From positions 90,768,001 through 90,832,000 of the forward strand of contig NC_043003.1 in the NCBI RefSeq assembly GCF_006345805.1: 64,000 nt of DNA. Direction: 5' to 3'. The notes below the pieces were generated by a model. That model saw nothing but the letters and a program-made list of their open reading frames with translations, was not told the DNA's origin and did no database searches. The position numbers and the translations under genes were made by a program. Source of the DNA: Octopus sinensis. Taxonomy: Eukaryota. Shown piece after piece: positions 48,410-61,362 of this stretch. Position 1 is the first letter of the stretch. Every line of letters begins with the position of its first letter.

Positions 48410-49779
48410 TCCCTGATGACGATGTCCACAGTTGACGAACTATGGTCGTCCCTCAAAGCATATGTAATCTGGTTGACTGACCAAGCAGTCCCCGTTGGGT
48501 TTCCAAGAAGAAACACAAAGACATACTCCTCAAAGACATACATCATCTCGAAAGAGTCCAGAAGCTGGCTTCACGCATGGTTCTTGATCTCAAGCATTTG
48601 TCTTATGAAGAAAGGCTGAAGACACTCAACCTTTATTCTCTCGAAAAACGCTGCCGCCATCGTGGTGATCTCATTCTCGCTCACGACATCATAAGTGGAA
48701 AGTGTAACCTCTCGAAAGAGCTGTTCTTCACTCCTGCTCCAGAGCGTGGGCTGCGGGGTCACACCGAAAAGCTCTATCTATGATGATTTCATCTCAATCG
48801 AAGGAGAGGGGCTTTCTCCATTCGGGTTGCGGATCCATGGAATAAGCTTCTGGATGAGATAGTGAAGATACTGACGACCGCTCAGTTCAAAGTCTCTCTT
48901 GACCAGAAATGGCCTGAACTCTTTGTATGACCACCCTCCCTGTACATAACTCCCTGTCCCCCTACATGGCCTTGCTTTTGCTTTTTGAGCGAATAAAAAT
49001 TGAATTTGAAAAATATTTGAATAGGAGATACCTTATATGCTTTGTACAACATATACAATTTTGTGATTCCTATTAGCAAATGAAACATGTGTAATGGTGA
49101 ATAAATAATACCAAAAAATGTTTACCTATCTCTTGTTTTGATGTGTAATTGCTCTGTAAAAAATATTTTCCAGTATTTTTCGATTCTTATGCATACCTCA
49201 CACAAATACAACATCTACATACTCCTTTTGGAGTGCTGGAATAAGATGAAATGCTTCAAGAGGACACAGCTTGGATTGTAACCCTATCTATGTACTGTGT
49301 ATATGTATGGGGGGGGGGGAGTATTTGGTTGTGGGTGGGTGTACACTACAAAAAAAAATTTCCTTGCATGGTTGAGTGGAGGAGCTGCAGTGGGCAGCAG
49401 TCCTACAAAGAAAAGATTAGGAAAATATTCACTTAATTGTGTATATACTATACTTAAAGCCATATCACATACCCATACTCATCACCCCCACATTGTCATA
49501 CCTCCTAGATCTTGCATTACACACTTTTCTACCAATCCTTCCTACCCAGAGAACTGTAGCAAACTAGAGCTATCTCCCAAATTATTCTTTTTTTTCATGC
49601 TGATATTTATCTTGAGATATTTAACATAACCACATTGATCTCAAAGTCAAAGAGGTTGACTTTGCCTTCCATCCTTTCAAGATCAGTAAAATAAGTACCA
49701 GTTGAACACTGGGGTCGATGTAATCAACTCACCCCTTTCCCTGAACTTGTTGGCTTTGTGTGAAAATTTGAAACCAAGT

Positions 49780-50090
49780 CAGCACTCCTTCTCCACCTCC
49801 TTTTATTCCTTCCACTCTTCTTCCTTTTCTTCTTTCTCCTCTACTCCCCCCCCCCCTTTTCTACCTCTCTCCACTTCTTTCTCCTCTTCTTTCTCCTTTT
49901 CTATCTCTCTCCTCTTCACCTTCTCTTCCCATGCCTTCCACTATGTTATCCTCCTCCTCCTCATCATCATCATCTTTCACCTATTCGTCCTTCACTTCCT
50001 CCCCTTTCACCTTCTCCCCTTCACCTCCTCCTCCTCCTCCTCCTTCAATCTCCCCTCCTTTGCCTTCTCCCCCACTATCATTATAAGTCA
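49780..50090 (+). repeat. ~300-bp polypyrimidine (CT-rich) tract
   Basis: Direct reading. Confidence 0.9.
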
Positions 50091-50509
50091 TAAATAATAA
50101 AACAGAAGAAACAGATTGAAGAAGACAAGAAAAGATGTCTTATCATACAATAGCAGTTGTGGTGTTGTATCAATTAATGAATTGAACTTCTTACATTCTT
50201 ACATAAGGCAGAATAAGGGATTTCAGGGATTAACTTTTTCATTCTATCTTTCTCTTAAGGGAGACAGGCAGAGAGAGAGAGACAAGCACTTAAGAGAGAG
50301 GCTGACAAACAATCAGAGACTGAATGAAACAGATAGCATAAAAAAACCCCCTAAATACTATTGCATATGTTATAAAGGCAAAGAGAACATAAAGAAAAGA
50401 AGGTGGGAGATAGAGAAAGAAACGAGGAAACCGAGTAAGGCTGAAAACAGGAGGATAAAAAAAAGGGACAACGAGAAAAAAGTTAAAGGTGAAGATAGAG
50501 AAAATTGAA

Positions 50510-50892
<383 letters not shown>

Positions 50893-51246
50893 ATAAGAGT
50901 GAGGAAGGAATGAAAGATGATATGCCATGGGAAGGATGTTACCAATGTTATATATGTATGAATGAACCTGATCCCATTGCTCTATAACTGAGCCTGTAGT
51001 CCCTGCCTCTCGTTGCATAAACATCTGAGGAATGTGTCTTCTCCTTATCTCCAATTATATATGTAAAGATCATCATAGTTTGGATACATATTTACAGGCA
51101 GTTGTGTTTACATCATTCATTTCAAGAGAAGTTAACAAATTTTTTGATATATATATATACACATATATACACACACATATATATAGGTAAATGTCGAACA
51201 AGGAAAATGAGTGCTCAACACTGTATTGGTGGATAGAATTTCTTTT

Positions 51247-51483
51247 TTTGTGAATTAAGGCAACCATTGGTTTCGTGTTAAGAAAAATAGGAAAATATCT
51301 TAATATCTTAGCAATTTTTCAAGCTGATCACATGGAGGAATGGTGTTCATCTCCATTTTGGTGTTTATCTAAAATGGAGATAAGCACCATTCCTCCATGT
51401 GGTCAACTTGAAAAATTGCTAAGATATTAAGATATTTTCCTATTTTTCTTAACACGAAACCAATAGTAACCTTAATTCACAAA
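51247..51483. repeat. 113-bp inverted repeat with 11-nt loop
   Basis: Arms 51247-51359 and 51371-51483; about 7 mismatches. Confidence 0.92.
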
Positions 51484-51504
51484 TAAATATATATCTCTCT
51501 CTTT

Positions 51505-51900
51505 CTCTCTTTTACTTGTTTCAGTCATTTGACTGCGGCCATGCTGGAGCACCGCCTTTAGTCGAGCAAATCGACCCCGGGACTTATTCTTTGTAAGCCC
51601 AGTACTTATTCTATCAGTCTCTTTTGCCGAACCGCTAAGTGACGGCGACGTAAACACACCAGCATTGGTTGTCAAGCAATGCTAGGGGGACAAACACAGA
51701 CACACAAACATACACACACATATATATATATATACATATATAAGACGGGCTTCTTTCAGTTTCCATCTACCAAATCCACTCACAAGGCTTTGGTCGGCCT
51801 GAGGCTATAGTAGAAGACACTTGCCCAAGATGCCACGCAGTGGGACTGAACCCAGAACCATGTGGTTTGTAAGTAAGCTACTTACCACACAGCCACTATG
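51505..51900 (-). mobile_element. SINE family B, near full length
   Basis: tggctgtgtggtaag A box, gggttcagtccc B box, ttgggcaagtgtc core. Confidence 0.9.
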
Positions 51901-51915
51901 TATTAGAGATAAAAT

Positions 51916-52149
51916 CACTATTATGAAACTCAAACAGTGATAGACATAAACCAATACATAAATAACAAATAATATATATTTTTATAAAACATATAACTTA
52001 TAACTAGATCTCAAAAAGTATTATATATTGATTATTCATTTTTATACTTTTTGAGATCAAGTTATAAGTTATATGTTTTATAAAAATATATATTATTTGT
52101 TATTTATGTATTGGTTTATGTCTATCACTGTTTGAGTTGCATAATAGTG
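51916..52149. repeat. 106-bp AT-rich inverted repeat with 22-nt loop
   Basis: Arms 51916-52021 and 52044-52149; two mismatches. Confidence 0.95.
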
Positions 52150-52260
52150 GTTTAATTTCTAATTTATATTTCATATATTTATACTGTGAAATTTGATTTA
52201 ATACTAAATTGAATTTTTCCCTGTAAGTTTTGAGTTATACTCCCTAATATTATTATCATT

Positions 52261-52313
<53 letters not shown>

Positions 52314-52314
52314 T

Positions 52315-52350
<36 letters not shown>

Positions 52351-52479
52351 AAAATTGAGGGAGATAAATTAATATTAATTTTAATATCAATTTAAAACCA
52401 GTAGTCCAGCATTCAAAAAATCTGAGGAGTCAGAGAAAATTCAAATAATTTTCAAATATATATATATATATATATATGG

Positions 52480-52725
52480 CACGTAAAAAGCACCATCCGA
52501 ACATGGTCATTGCCTTCCCCCTTGTCCCGACTGGCTCCTGTGTCAGTGGCATGTAGAAAAAGCACCCACTACACTGTAGGAGTGGTTGGCATTAGGAATG
52601 GCACCCAGCTGTAGAAACACTGCCAGATCAGACTGGAGCCTGGTGCAGCCTTCTGGCTTCCCAGACCCCAGTCGAACCATCTACCCCATGCCAGCATGGA
52701 AAACGGACGTTAAACGATGAGGATG
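52480..52725 (+). mobile_element. RTE 3' UTR fragment
   Basis: ggcacgtaaaaagcacc...ccagcatggaaaacggacgttaaacgatga. Confidence 0.8.
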
Positions 52726-52952
52726 ATATATATATATTTATATTGTAGAGGCACATGGCTTAGCAGTGAGGGTGTTGGACTCATGATCTTAAGATTGTGG
52801 TTTTGATTCTTGGACTGGGTGATGTATTCTGTTCAAGAGTAAAACACTTCATTTCATGTTGCTCCAAAAAAAGTCTAACCTATGCCAGCATAGAAAACAA
52901 ACATTAAATGATGTTAATGATTTACATATATATGTTTATATGTATGTATGTA

Positions 52953-53236
52953 TTGGGTTGTCCTGAAAGTTTGTGCCAATTTATAGTAGCTTACTTTTCA
53001 ACTTATTTTAGAACATGGTTGAGCCTATAAAATAGGATTTGACTACACCTCCATTTAGAGCAAAGTTTAAGGTATCTTTTTGTGGAAGAAGATTTATGTT
53101 CCTATAATCTGTGTTAATTCTGTAACCCTTTTAAATGTAACCCATTTTCGGCACTTGATGCTTTTCTTTTTCCGTAAAGGGAAAAATGCCTCACAAGCAA
53201 CCAAAGAAATCAGCACAAACTTTCAGGACAACCCCA
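52953..53236 (+). mobile_element. Internally deleted mariner element
   Basis: 24-bp TIRs ttgggttgtcctgaaagtttgtgc (1 mismatch), TA TSD; HFRHLMLFFFRKGKNASQATKEI is a mariner N-terminal HTH start. Confidence 0.88.
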
Positions 53237-53369
53237 TATATATATATATATCTTATATATACATATATATATATGCGCACGCACATACGCACACACACAC
53301 ACACACACATATAGGTTTGGTGATGCAAACAGGAAAATAGAGTACATTTTTTTATTAATATTTAGCAGT

Positions 53370-53512
53370 AGCTAAAGCAACGAGTTGGCAGAAACATTAG
53401 CACCCCTAAGGCAGTGAGCTGGCAGACACGTGAGCACCCCAGGTAAAATGCTTAGCAGTATTTCGTTGGTCTTTATGTTCTGAGTTCAACTTCCGCTGTG
53501 GTCGATTTTCCC
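53370..53512 (+). mobile_element. SINE family A heads truncated at the Tx1 junction
   Basis: Two head starts, then ttctgagttcaacttccgctgtggtcgatttt abutting Tx1 sequence. Confidence 0.65.
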
Positions 53513-56500
53513 TGATGTGCCAGTGTGGACATGGAGCAATCACAATGAGTCATCCAGACCCTATCTAGATACAGTATTTGTTAGGTCAGTGGATAAGGAT
53601 AGTACAGGGTGTCCACAATTCAAATTGGTCGGCTACACAGACTACACAGACCCCGAATTTGTGATCTGCACTGTTGATTTAGATAGGATGCATAGACAGA
53701 GACCTGGTTACTGGAAATTGAATGTGTCTTTTCTGGTGCACAAAGACCACAGGGACTGGATTAGCAAACTAATTAAGCAGCAGTTGACGGAGGCAATTGT
53801 TAACAACCGGTGGTGGACAGCCTTGAGGAGGGTGATTAGAGTAGGATCAATAGTGTTTAGCAAAGAGTTAGCAATAGAAAAAAAAAAACAGATTAGAGGG
53901 AGAACTCGTTAGCAAACTAAAAGAGGTAATTAATAAAGGTATCGCAACTGATGTGTTAGTGGCAAGAATGGCTCTTAACCATTTCTTTGAGGTGAAACAT
54001 GAAGGTTGAGTTGTCAGAGTTAAGGCTTGTGTGCTAAAACATGAGAGAACTAAAACCGTCCAATGGGCTTAAACAGTGGCGACGCAACATGGCAACAAAA
54101 CCACGATTGGGTCTTTGACAGATCGAGACAGGCGTATGCTACATGGTTCTGAGCAGATGTGTGCAGCTTTTCAGCAGCACTTCACACAACTGTTTGGAGG
54201 GGGTGATAGGTCAACAACAGTAGCAGACTTTAGTTCATACCTGGATGGCCAGCCGTGACTCTTAGCAGTGGACATGAAGTTCTGTGAAAAGCCAATAACA
54301 GCCACTGAAATACGAGAGGTGATGAGCAATTGCACAAGTTGCAAATCGCCAGGTTCAGATGGTCTGCCTGATGAATTCTATGTATTTATGCCAGATTTGT
54401 TTGGCAACCTTTTGGCAGATGTTTACCACAACAGGCAAAAGAGTAGGAGAATTCCCAGTGCTATTAGTCAGGTGTGGTTACACTGCTGAAGAAGAACGTT
54501 GACAGTAGGGACATACTAGTGAATTTTTAAAGATTTTGACCAAGGTGTTAGTGAAAAGGTTAGCGCTTGTTATTGGCAGTCTAGTATTGATCCTGATAAA
54601 TTAGGATCAATCAAAAGCATTCGATAGGGTCAACCATCACAACCTGGAAGCCATCCTTAAAGCAGCCAGTTTCAGACCCGTTTTCAGGAGCTGGATTATT
54701 GTAATGCACAGTGGCACCTTGGTTGTCAAAGTAAGTGGTCCTCTATCAGAACCGTTTAGCATCGCATGCTCAGTCTGTCAGGGCTACCCACTGTCACCTC
54801 TTCTGTATGAGCTGGCTCTCGAGCCACTGCTGAGGAAGTTGACGGGCATCCCTTTCGAACAGGGACTTGGAAGAGCAGTGTCTGTATATGTGGATGACGT
54901 CACCGTCATGGTGTTGGATGCCTCCAAAATGGAGACAGTTGGCTCCATTCTAGAAGAATATGAGTCAGTTTCAGGGGCTAAAATCAATGCTGAGAAGTTG
55001 GTGGGCTTGTGACTGGGCACCTGGAGAGGCAGGTCGATGCTGTTCGATGGCATTGTCAGACACTGGACTGACAAACCAGTTAAACTGCTCAGAATCTGGT
55101 TTGGTCCCAACCTCCAGGTGGATAAGAACTGGGATGAGGCGATGAAGAGGGTGGCCAGTCTTACCCGGAAATGGGCTGAAAGGAAGCTGTCCTTGGAAGG
55201 TCAGGCAAAGGTGGAAAATGCCTACACCTCTGTCATCATTTATTGTCTGACCGTCATGCCTTGCCCCAGTTATTGCTTAATCAAGTTGTCTTTTGTTCAT
55301 GTTCTGGTGGAAGGGATGCATTCCAATGGTCAGGTGGTCAATCTGCTGTCAGCTCCCTATGAGTGGTGGCTTAGGCATGCCATAGCTTTTGATGCATGGA
55401 CATGCACTGAGGTTGTGTCACCTGCAATGATTTCTAGAAGGTGAACATGTGTGGTCTCCGTTTGTGAGGCATGTATTTCCATAACTCATCTCTTTGATGG
55501 ACCTGCAGTCCTGGGTGAAGAATAGACAAGACTGAGTGCCTGGCACTTAGAATGTCGTCAGGCACCCTCTGTCCTCTACCAGTTGGGCAATAGGATCGGT
55601 GGATGTTCCACTTTAGCAATAAATTATTGAGGATTAGTGGCTAAAAAGTGCAACAACATCCTAGGGGAGACTCTGGGCATTGACGAAGATGGACTAAGTA
55701 GTCTGTTCCTGAGGACTTTCCAGTTGGAGACTATTATGGATAATTTCCAGATGTCTTTGGCTTGGCAGCGCTACTAGAGGTGGGTGGGTGGAGGTGCTAC
55801 CAGTTCAAGATAAACTCTACAGGCATGGATGTGCTATCAGATGGGATTGTCTGAGGTGTACGCAGAGCAACGAAATGGTTCTGCATGCACTCATTCAGTG
55901 TCTTGTGGAGTTATGTTGAACAGCTGCTGTCATGTGTGGGACTAATCTGTCTGTCATCCGACTCCATACTGATGATTGTCCCACTGCCCTCGTTTAATTA
56001 GGCAGGCAAAGGCAGTTTTCTTTTGCCTGGTTGCTGTCGTGAAAGAGGTTGTCTGGTGGAGGGGGCTGAAAGGAATGAGGACAAAGACATTCCTCTTTGG
56101 TAAAGCCCTCATTGACTTTTTCAAGTTTCACTTGAAAAGGAAAGTGAGGCTGGAGAGGAAGGTGCTTTCCTCGAGTGATATTATGAAAAGGTGGGTGAAA
56201 GTTGTGAAAATGGCAAGAGTGGATAGTATCACTCTCTGTGTAGACCTGTGAGTTGGAGGAAAGGAGTTGGAAAACGTATTTGTCCATGGTATTCATGGTG
56301 ATGGTGGGGTTCCTCGATCATCCCTAGTAGTCTTCCTGTATCAGGTAGCCCCATCCCCATCACATTTTTGTAGGGAATACGACCGTACATAAGGAGTGGG
56401 TGATGGAAACGTCTCCTTTTAACACCGCACAGTCGCCTAACAAAATTAGAAGTCAAACACATGATGTAAAGAATATGTGCCAAAGGAATAAGTGAGGACG

Positions 56501-57670
56501 ACAACCTTTCTACTGTTTGAGACAGAAGAAGATTTTATTTACAAATGTGTACAATGAGAGTGTGTGTGTGAGTGCTAGCAAAGTGGAGTGTCTGTGTGCA
56601 TGCGACAAGTGTTTGTGCCTGTGTGTTCGTGTGTGCGACAGAAGTACAAATAAGATGTTTGCCTATAAAACAGAATACAGAGCATAGGATGAGTCTCTCA
56701 GCATATTGAGTGAAGATGGAATTAGTTTACCAGTTCGTAAGTGAGGTACACAATAGTAACAGTTCTGTAAGTTCTGTTGTTGGGGTCACAAGGCAGAATG
56801 TCGGTTGAACACATGTCATGTAGAGGTTGAGGCTTCAATGCTGTGCTGGGTCTCTTGATACAGGAAGTTCTTTCAGGTAGACTGGAGCTGCTTACCTCAG
56901 TGAACATCACAACAGCGAGAAAGCTAAACCTAGGAAAGTGCTGTGTACATATTGCTCAAGTCGACAGAGATGGAGACGACATCAAAGTTGAAGGACGACG
57001 ATGGTGGTGGCAGAGAAAGGCATCGTTGAAATGAAGGTGTCGGTGGTGGAAAGGTCCTGCTTTGCATGTTGACTGTCGCTCGAACTGGAATTGGCTGAGT
57101 AGCTATGTGGTCAGAGGTTAGTCCTGAAATGGACTAGAACCTAAGACCGGTGTTGCTGGAACATGGTTGAGTGCTCTGTGGTCAGTGACTAGACCTTAGA
57201 AGGTCTAGAGCCAAAAAACCAGGAATAGTGAATGCTGGCGCCTTATAAAGCCTGAAGTAGCCTCAAACAAGGCATAAGAAAAACAGTGTCACGAGACCTT
57301 ATCCAAAGGCTGTGATTGGTTGGGTTACTCACTGGCACAAAATAAGTCGAGAGACAACCTGCACCAATGCCAACCAATCAGAGCAGTGAACACAACGGTC
57401 AAACTAGCCAAAGATGGTTGTTATCTTGCACGAGATCATTTCTAATATATTTCTCAAACAGTGAGGGTATCAGCTGCGCTGCATTTTTTTCCCTTATTGC
57501 TGTATACTATGTATACTTCACATCTTTTAATGTACACTGTGTACACTTCTTTTTTTTTCATATCATTCCATCATATGTAAACCCTCACACTTTATGTCTG
57601 TCTTTGTATTGTCCCCAACTCATCCTCCACGCTGGTGACAAATAAAAAAGATCATTATTATTATTATTGT
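53513..57670 (+). mobile_element. 5'-truncated L1/Tx1-type LINE, 3' UTR interrupted
   Basis: YWKLN (endonuclease end), KSPGSDGLP, QGYPLSPLLY, YVDDVT, GAKIN, DKLYRHG..C..C....H...C; probable 3' end aataaa+(att)n at about 57641-57670. Confidence 0.85.
56369..57460 (-). mobile_element. ~1.1-kb LTR-like cassette inside the Tx1 3' UTR
   Basis: On minus: CCAAT-like boxes, tttataag, aataaa (about 56534-56539), ends ccctaca; homologous to 24575-24990; no convincing TSD. Confidence 0.5.
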
Positions 57671-57679
57671 TGTTGTTGT

Positions 57680-57910
57680 TATTGAGGCAATGAGTTTAAT
57701 AGAATTGTTATCATGCTGGACAAAATACTTTGCAGCATTTCTTCAGGTTTTACATTCTGAGTTCAAATGCTGCCAAAGTCAACCTTACCGTTTATCCTTT
57801 AAGGGTTGATAAAATAAGTACCATTTGAGCATTGGAGGAAGGGGTGTCAATGAAATTGATTAGTTACACCCTATAAAATGTCATACCTTGTACCTATATT
57901 AGAAATAATT
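57680..57910 (+). mobile_element. SINE family A
   Basis: ttctgagttcaaatgctgccaaagtcaacc...gataaaataagtacca. Confidence 0.7.
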
Positions 57911-59159
57911 ATTTTTATGGACTGTTGACTCTTGCACCCATTGTTCAGTACCCTATCAAAGTATAAATTTTTCTTTTCTCTGTCAGAAATTAAAGGGACT
58001 GAATATGTATGCAATATTCTTGATCAGTTGAAAAATCCTGTTGTGGGAATATTCAGTAGTCAGACCATTGCACTCAATGTCACAATTTGCCAGAATATTA
58101 CCTGTGTGATGAAAAGAAATCTAACCAACAGGACTTTGAGTGGAATAGGTTCCAGTGACAATTTCATCTTTTGGTGGTCTTCCTTCTGAGCTTAACCATC
58201 AGTTTAAATTTGGCACACTTTGACTACTTGAGAGAAAGCTTGGAGGGAGCATTGATAGAAACCATGGAAGATGGCCAACAGTGACAGCAGACAGCAGCTG
58301 ACAACACAAGGCAATGAACAGTGAGAAGACAAAAGAAGTCAGTTGCATGGCAAGCAGCTAACCACACTTTAACTGTTGCTACAGTAATACCAAGAACAAT
58401 AATATTCAACACACTCTCTGCATTTTGTTTACAGGAAGAATAAAAATTTTGTTTATCAAAACATCTCAACAGATTTTGTTGTCTTCTTTGCAACAACCCT
58501 GATAAAAAAAGAAATTCCATATACTCTACCAAACATATAAGCTATAGAAAATGGTAATTAAAGATTGGTATGTAGCTTATCTTTCTTGAAGTTATGTTTA
58601 TAATAACCACCAACATTATGGAAAAATGTTTGACAATTTAATTGGATTTTACTTGGCAGCAGAACTTCTTTACAGTGAAAATTGTTAGAGATTAAAATAA
58701 TTATTTAGGAATAGATGTTATTTTAATCTCCAACTCCTGTTTACTTATAATTTTTTGGTGGGGGTCATTATCATCATCACAATTGTTGTTGTCATCATCA
58801 TCGCTGTCATCATTGTCATTGTTGTCATCATCACCATCATTGGCGTCATTGCTGTTGTCATCATCATTGTTGGTTTAATGTCCCTTGTTCTATGATTGCA
58901 TAGATCAGACAGAATTTGTTAAAGCAGGTTTTCTACAGCCGGATGCACCTGTTTTCAAATGCGGTAATATTTCCCCATGGCTAAACATGTTTTACCGGAA
59001 GATTGGAAACAAATGACACTATTTGTGTGACTGTTTAATGTTTACAAATACCACACAATGTCAAGACAAGTAGACACAAACCTGCACATACATATATGTA
59101 TACACACACAGAAGTATACATATACGTGTGTGTGTATGTGTATTTTTTTGTTTGCCTTG

Positions 59160-59850
59160 GCATCACAAAGCAAAAGAAAATTGCTGTGTACCATGCATGT
59201 GTGCTGAGATCGCTCCTTTACTCATGTGAGACATGGACCCTTTACAAATGTCATGTAAAGGTCCTTGAATGCTTCCATTAGAGATGTCTGAGATACATTC
59301 TGAATGTTGGCTAGACCTTAAAAACTCTAGACACACAGGTCTCGAGGCAAGCTGATATCTTAAGCATAGAGGCAATGGTACACAAGCACCAGTTATACTA
59401 GACTGGACACCTTATTAGAATGAAGGATAGCAGGATCCCTAAACAGATGCTATATGAGGAACTTGTTACTGGAAAGAGACCCCAACAGAAACCAAGGCTG
59501 TGATTTAAGGACTGTGTCAAATAATCATTAAAGGTCTGTGATATGCAGGAGACTGACTGGGAGAGCAATGCCTGTCATCACCACAGATGGAGGGAGCAGG
59601 TGAAGGAGGGGAACAATACCTCTGAAAGAGCACATATTCTGCGTGAAGAATTTAAGCATGCTGCTCGAAAGCACACTGCTGGTGTAGTGAATGGAGAAAG
59701 CTTGGTTTGCAATGTTTGTGGTCGTGTATGCTTGTCAAGAGCAGGGCTCATTAACCACCAACAGAGCAACAAATGCAAAATATAAGTTAGTCCTAGAGTG
59801 CTCGATGTTCCTAAAGGTCAGCACTGGTCTTCCTCGGACATGAGTTGACA
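59160..59850 (+). mobile_element. RTE (BovB-like) 3' fragment with C-terminal C2H2-like finger
   Basis: LLYSCETWTLY, GHLIRMKDSRIPKQMLY, CNVCGRVCLSRAGLINHQQ. Confidence 0.85.
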
Positions 59851-59917
59851 GCCATCATCGTATATACATACATACATTCATACATACATATATATATGTG
59901 TGTGCGTGTGTGTGTGT

Positions 59918-60215
59918 GGAGGTGCAATGGCCCAGTGGTTAGGGCAGCAGACTTGCAGTCGTAGGATTGCAGTTTTGTTTCGCAGACCGGGCGTTGTGAG
60001 TGTTTATTGAGCAAAAACACCTAAAGCTCCACAAGGCTCCGGCAGAGGGTTGTGGCAATCCCTGCTGTACTCTTTTGCCACAACTTTCTCTCACTCTTTC
60101 TTCTGTTGGCCTGCTCACTTAGCCAGCGGGGTGGTGTCATTTGAAGGCTAAAACAATGCAATGTACATTGTGACCAGTGATGTGTAGCAACATCTGATAG
60201 CCTTATTGGTCACGT
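59918..60215 (+). mobile_element. tRNA-derived SINE (family E)
   Basis: gcaatggcccagtggttagggcagcagac head (A box), decayed B box, distinct body ending ggtcacgtgat. Confidence 0.65.
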
Positions 60216-61144
60216 GATCACATGATATATATATATGTGTGTGTGTGTATAGATATATATATATAAAAACACACGCATGCACACACACACACACACACAT
60301 GTATGTGTATGTATGTGTGTTTATATACCTGAACTAATACCCACTTTAATTTGTAGACTATGCAAGAGAAAACCTAAAGCAAAGGCTGAAGGACAAAATT
60401 TATTTTACCTTTTCACAAAGGTGATCACACACTGATATAAATCCAGCCCATCTACAATAAAATGCGTTCTATTCAGTTATTATTGTCTAATTACTGTTTT
60501 ACGTCCATTGTTTCATAATGATGGGTTGTTATGGTTGGATAGTCATAGCTTCTGACCTGCTGAAACAATTGCTTTTTTAACTTTTTGTTGCCCTTCATAC
60601 AGCCAGCCATTCAATTTTGAAGTGAAAGTTATAGTTGGCCAGAGTGGCAAAAAACAGCAATATTTTGTTGCTGTTGTTATTTAACCCAGGGTCAGTCCTG
60701 ATCGAGCAGACTTATAATGGAAGGTATGCTAACCATGAACATCCTGCCTGTTATTTAAGGCAATATGGATCCAGTATTACATAACACAATATGTCCTTTA
60801 TTTATATATGATATGGTGAAACTTCAAGGGTATTTGGCTGCTATTTCTGGCAAGGGAAGTAATTATACAGAAGCTCCCTCGTTGGCCCATGAAGAGCAAA
60901 GTTGCACACATTGGTTAGAAACACACAATACAGATGAGCCAATGAAGGAGCCTGCATATGTTCTGCTGATCTGTTGAAAAAGCAGCTAAACCTCCCTCAA
61001 CTAACACTTTATCATCTCAAGGAAGAGGTGGGAACGTTAATGCAACTGTAGATGCCCTAAAAATAACATAATGTTCCTGATTGAATGCCTTTGATCATAA
61101 ATTCTTCAGAAAAGCAATGCATTTGTTCATTAAATTAGCATGTT

Positions 61145-61362
61145 CGAGGCAGTGTGGAAAAGTTCCTGGCTTTGGATAAAAGAAAATACAGGAGGATCAG
61201 TTAATTCGGATTTTATTCAACATATTCCCCTCTCAAATTCACACACTTATTGTAGTAGTCCTTCAGTTTTTCTAAGCCCTGTAAAAAAAAACTTGGAAGG
61301 TTGGGCCTCCAACCAAGCCTTTCATGATACCCTTAAAGCCCGGAAGTTTGCAGCATCCCCTA
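61145..61362. mobile_element. mariner-type MITE (reverse of 19202-19420)
   Basis: Shared TIR aaaagttcctggcttt and reverse-complement interior. Confidence 0.75.

Larger units (their letters stand above)
45960..49000 (+). mobile_element. CR1-type LINE with ORF1 and endonuclease but RT deleted
   Basis: Coiled-coil ORF1, APE domain, then a direct jump to LERVQKLASRM..SYEERLKTLNLYSLEKR and RVADPWNKL; tail aataaaaattgaatttgaa; relatively CpG-rich; 5' boundary uncertain. Confidence 0.85.

Noticed and set aside
52400-52455. ctgagga as a hammerhead core
   Set aside because: No downstream GAAA or helix II partner before the (TA)n run
57932-58532. 85-aa plus-strand and 102-aa minus-strand ORFs in non-repetitive-looking DNA
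   Set aside because: No domain motif recognised; could be decayed LINE sequence; not supportable as host exons without homology search
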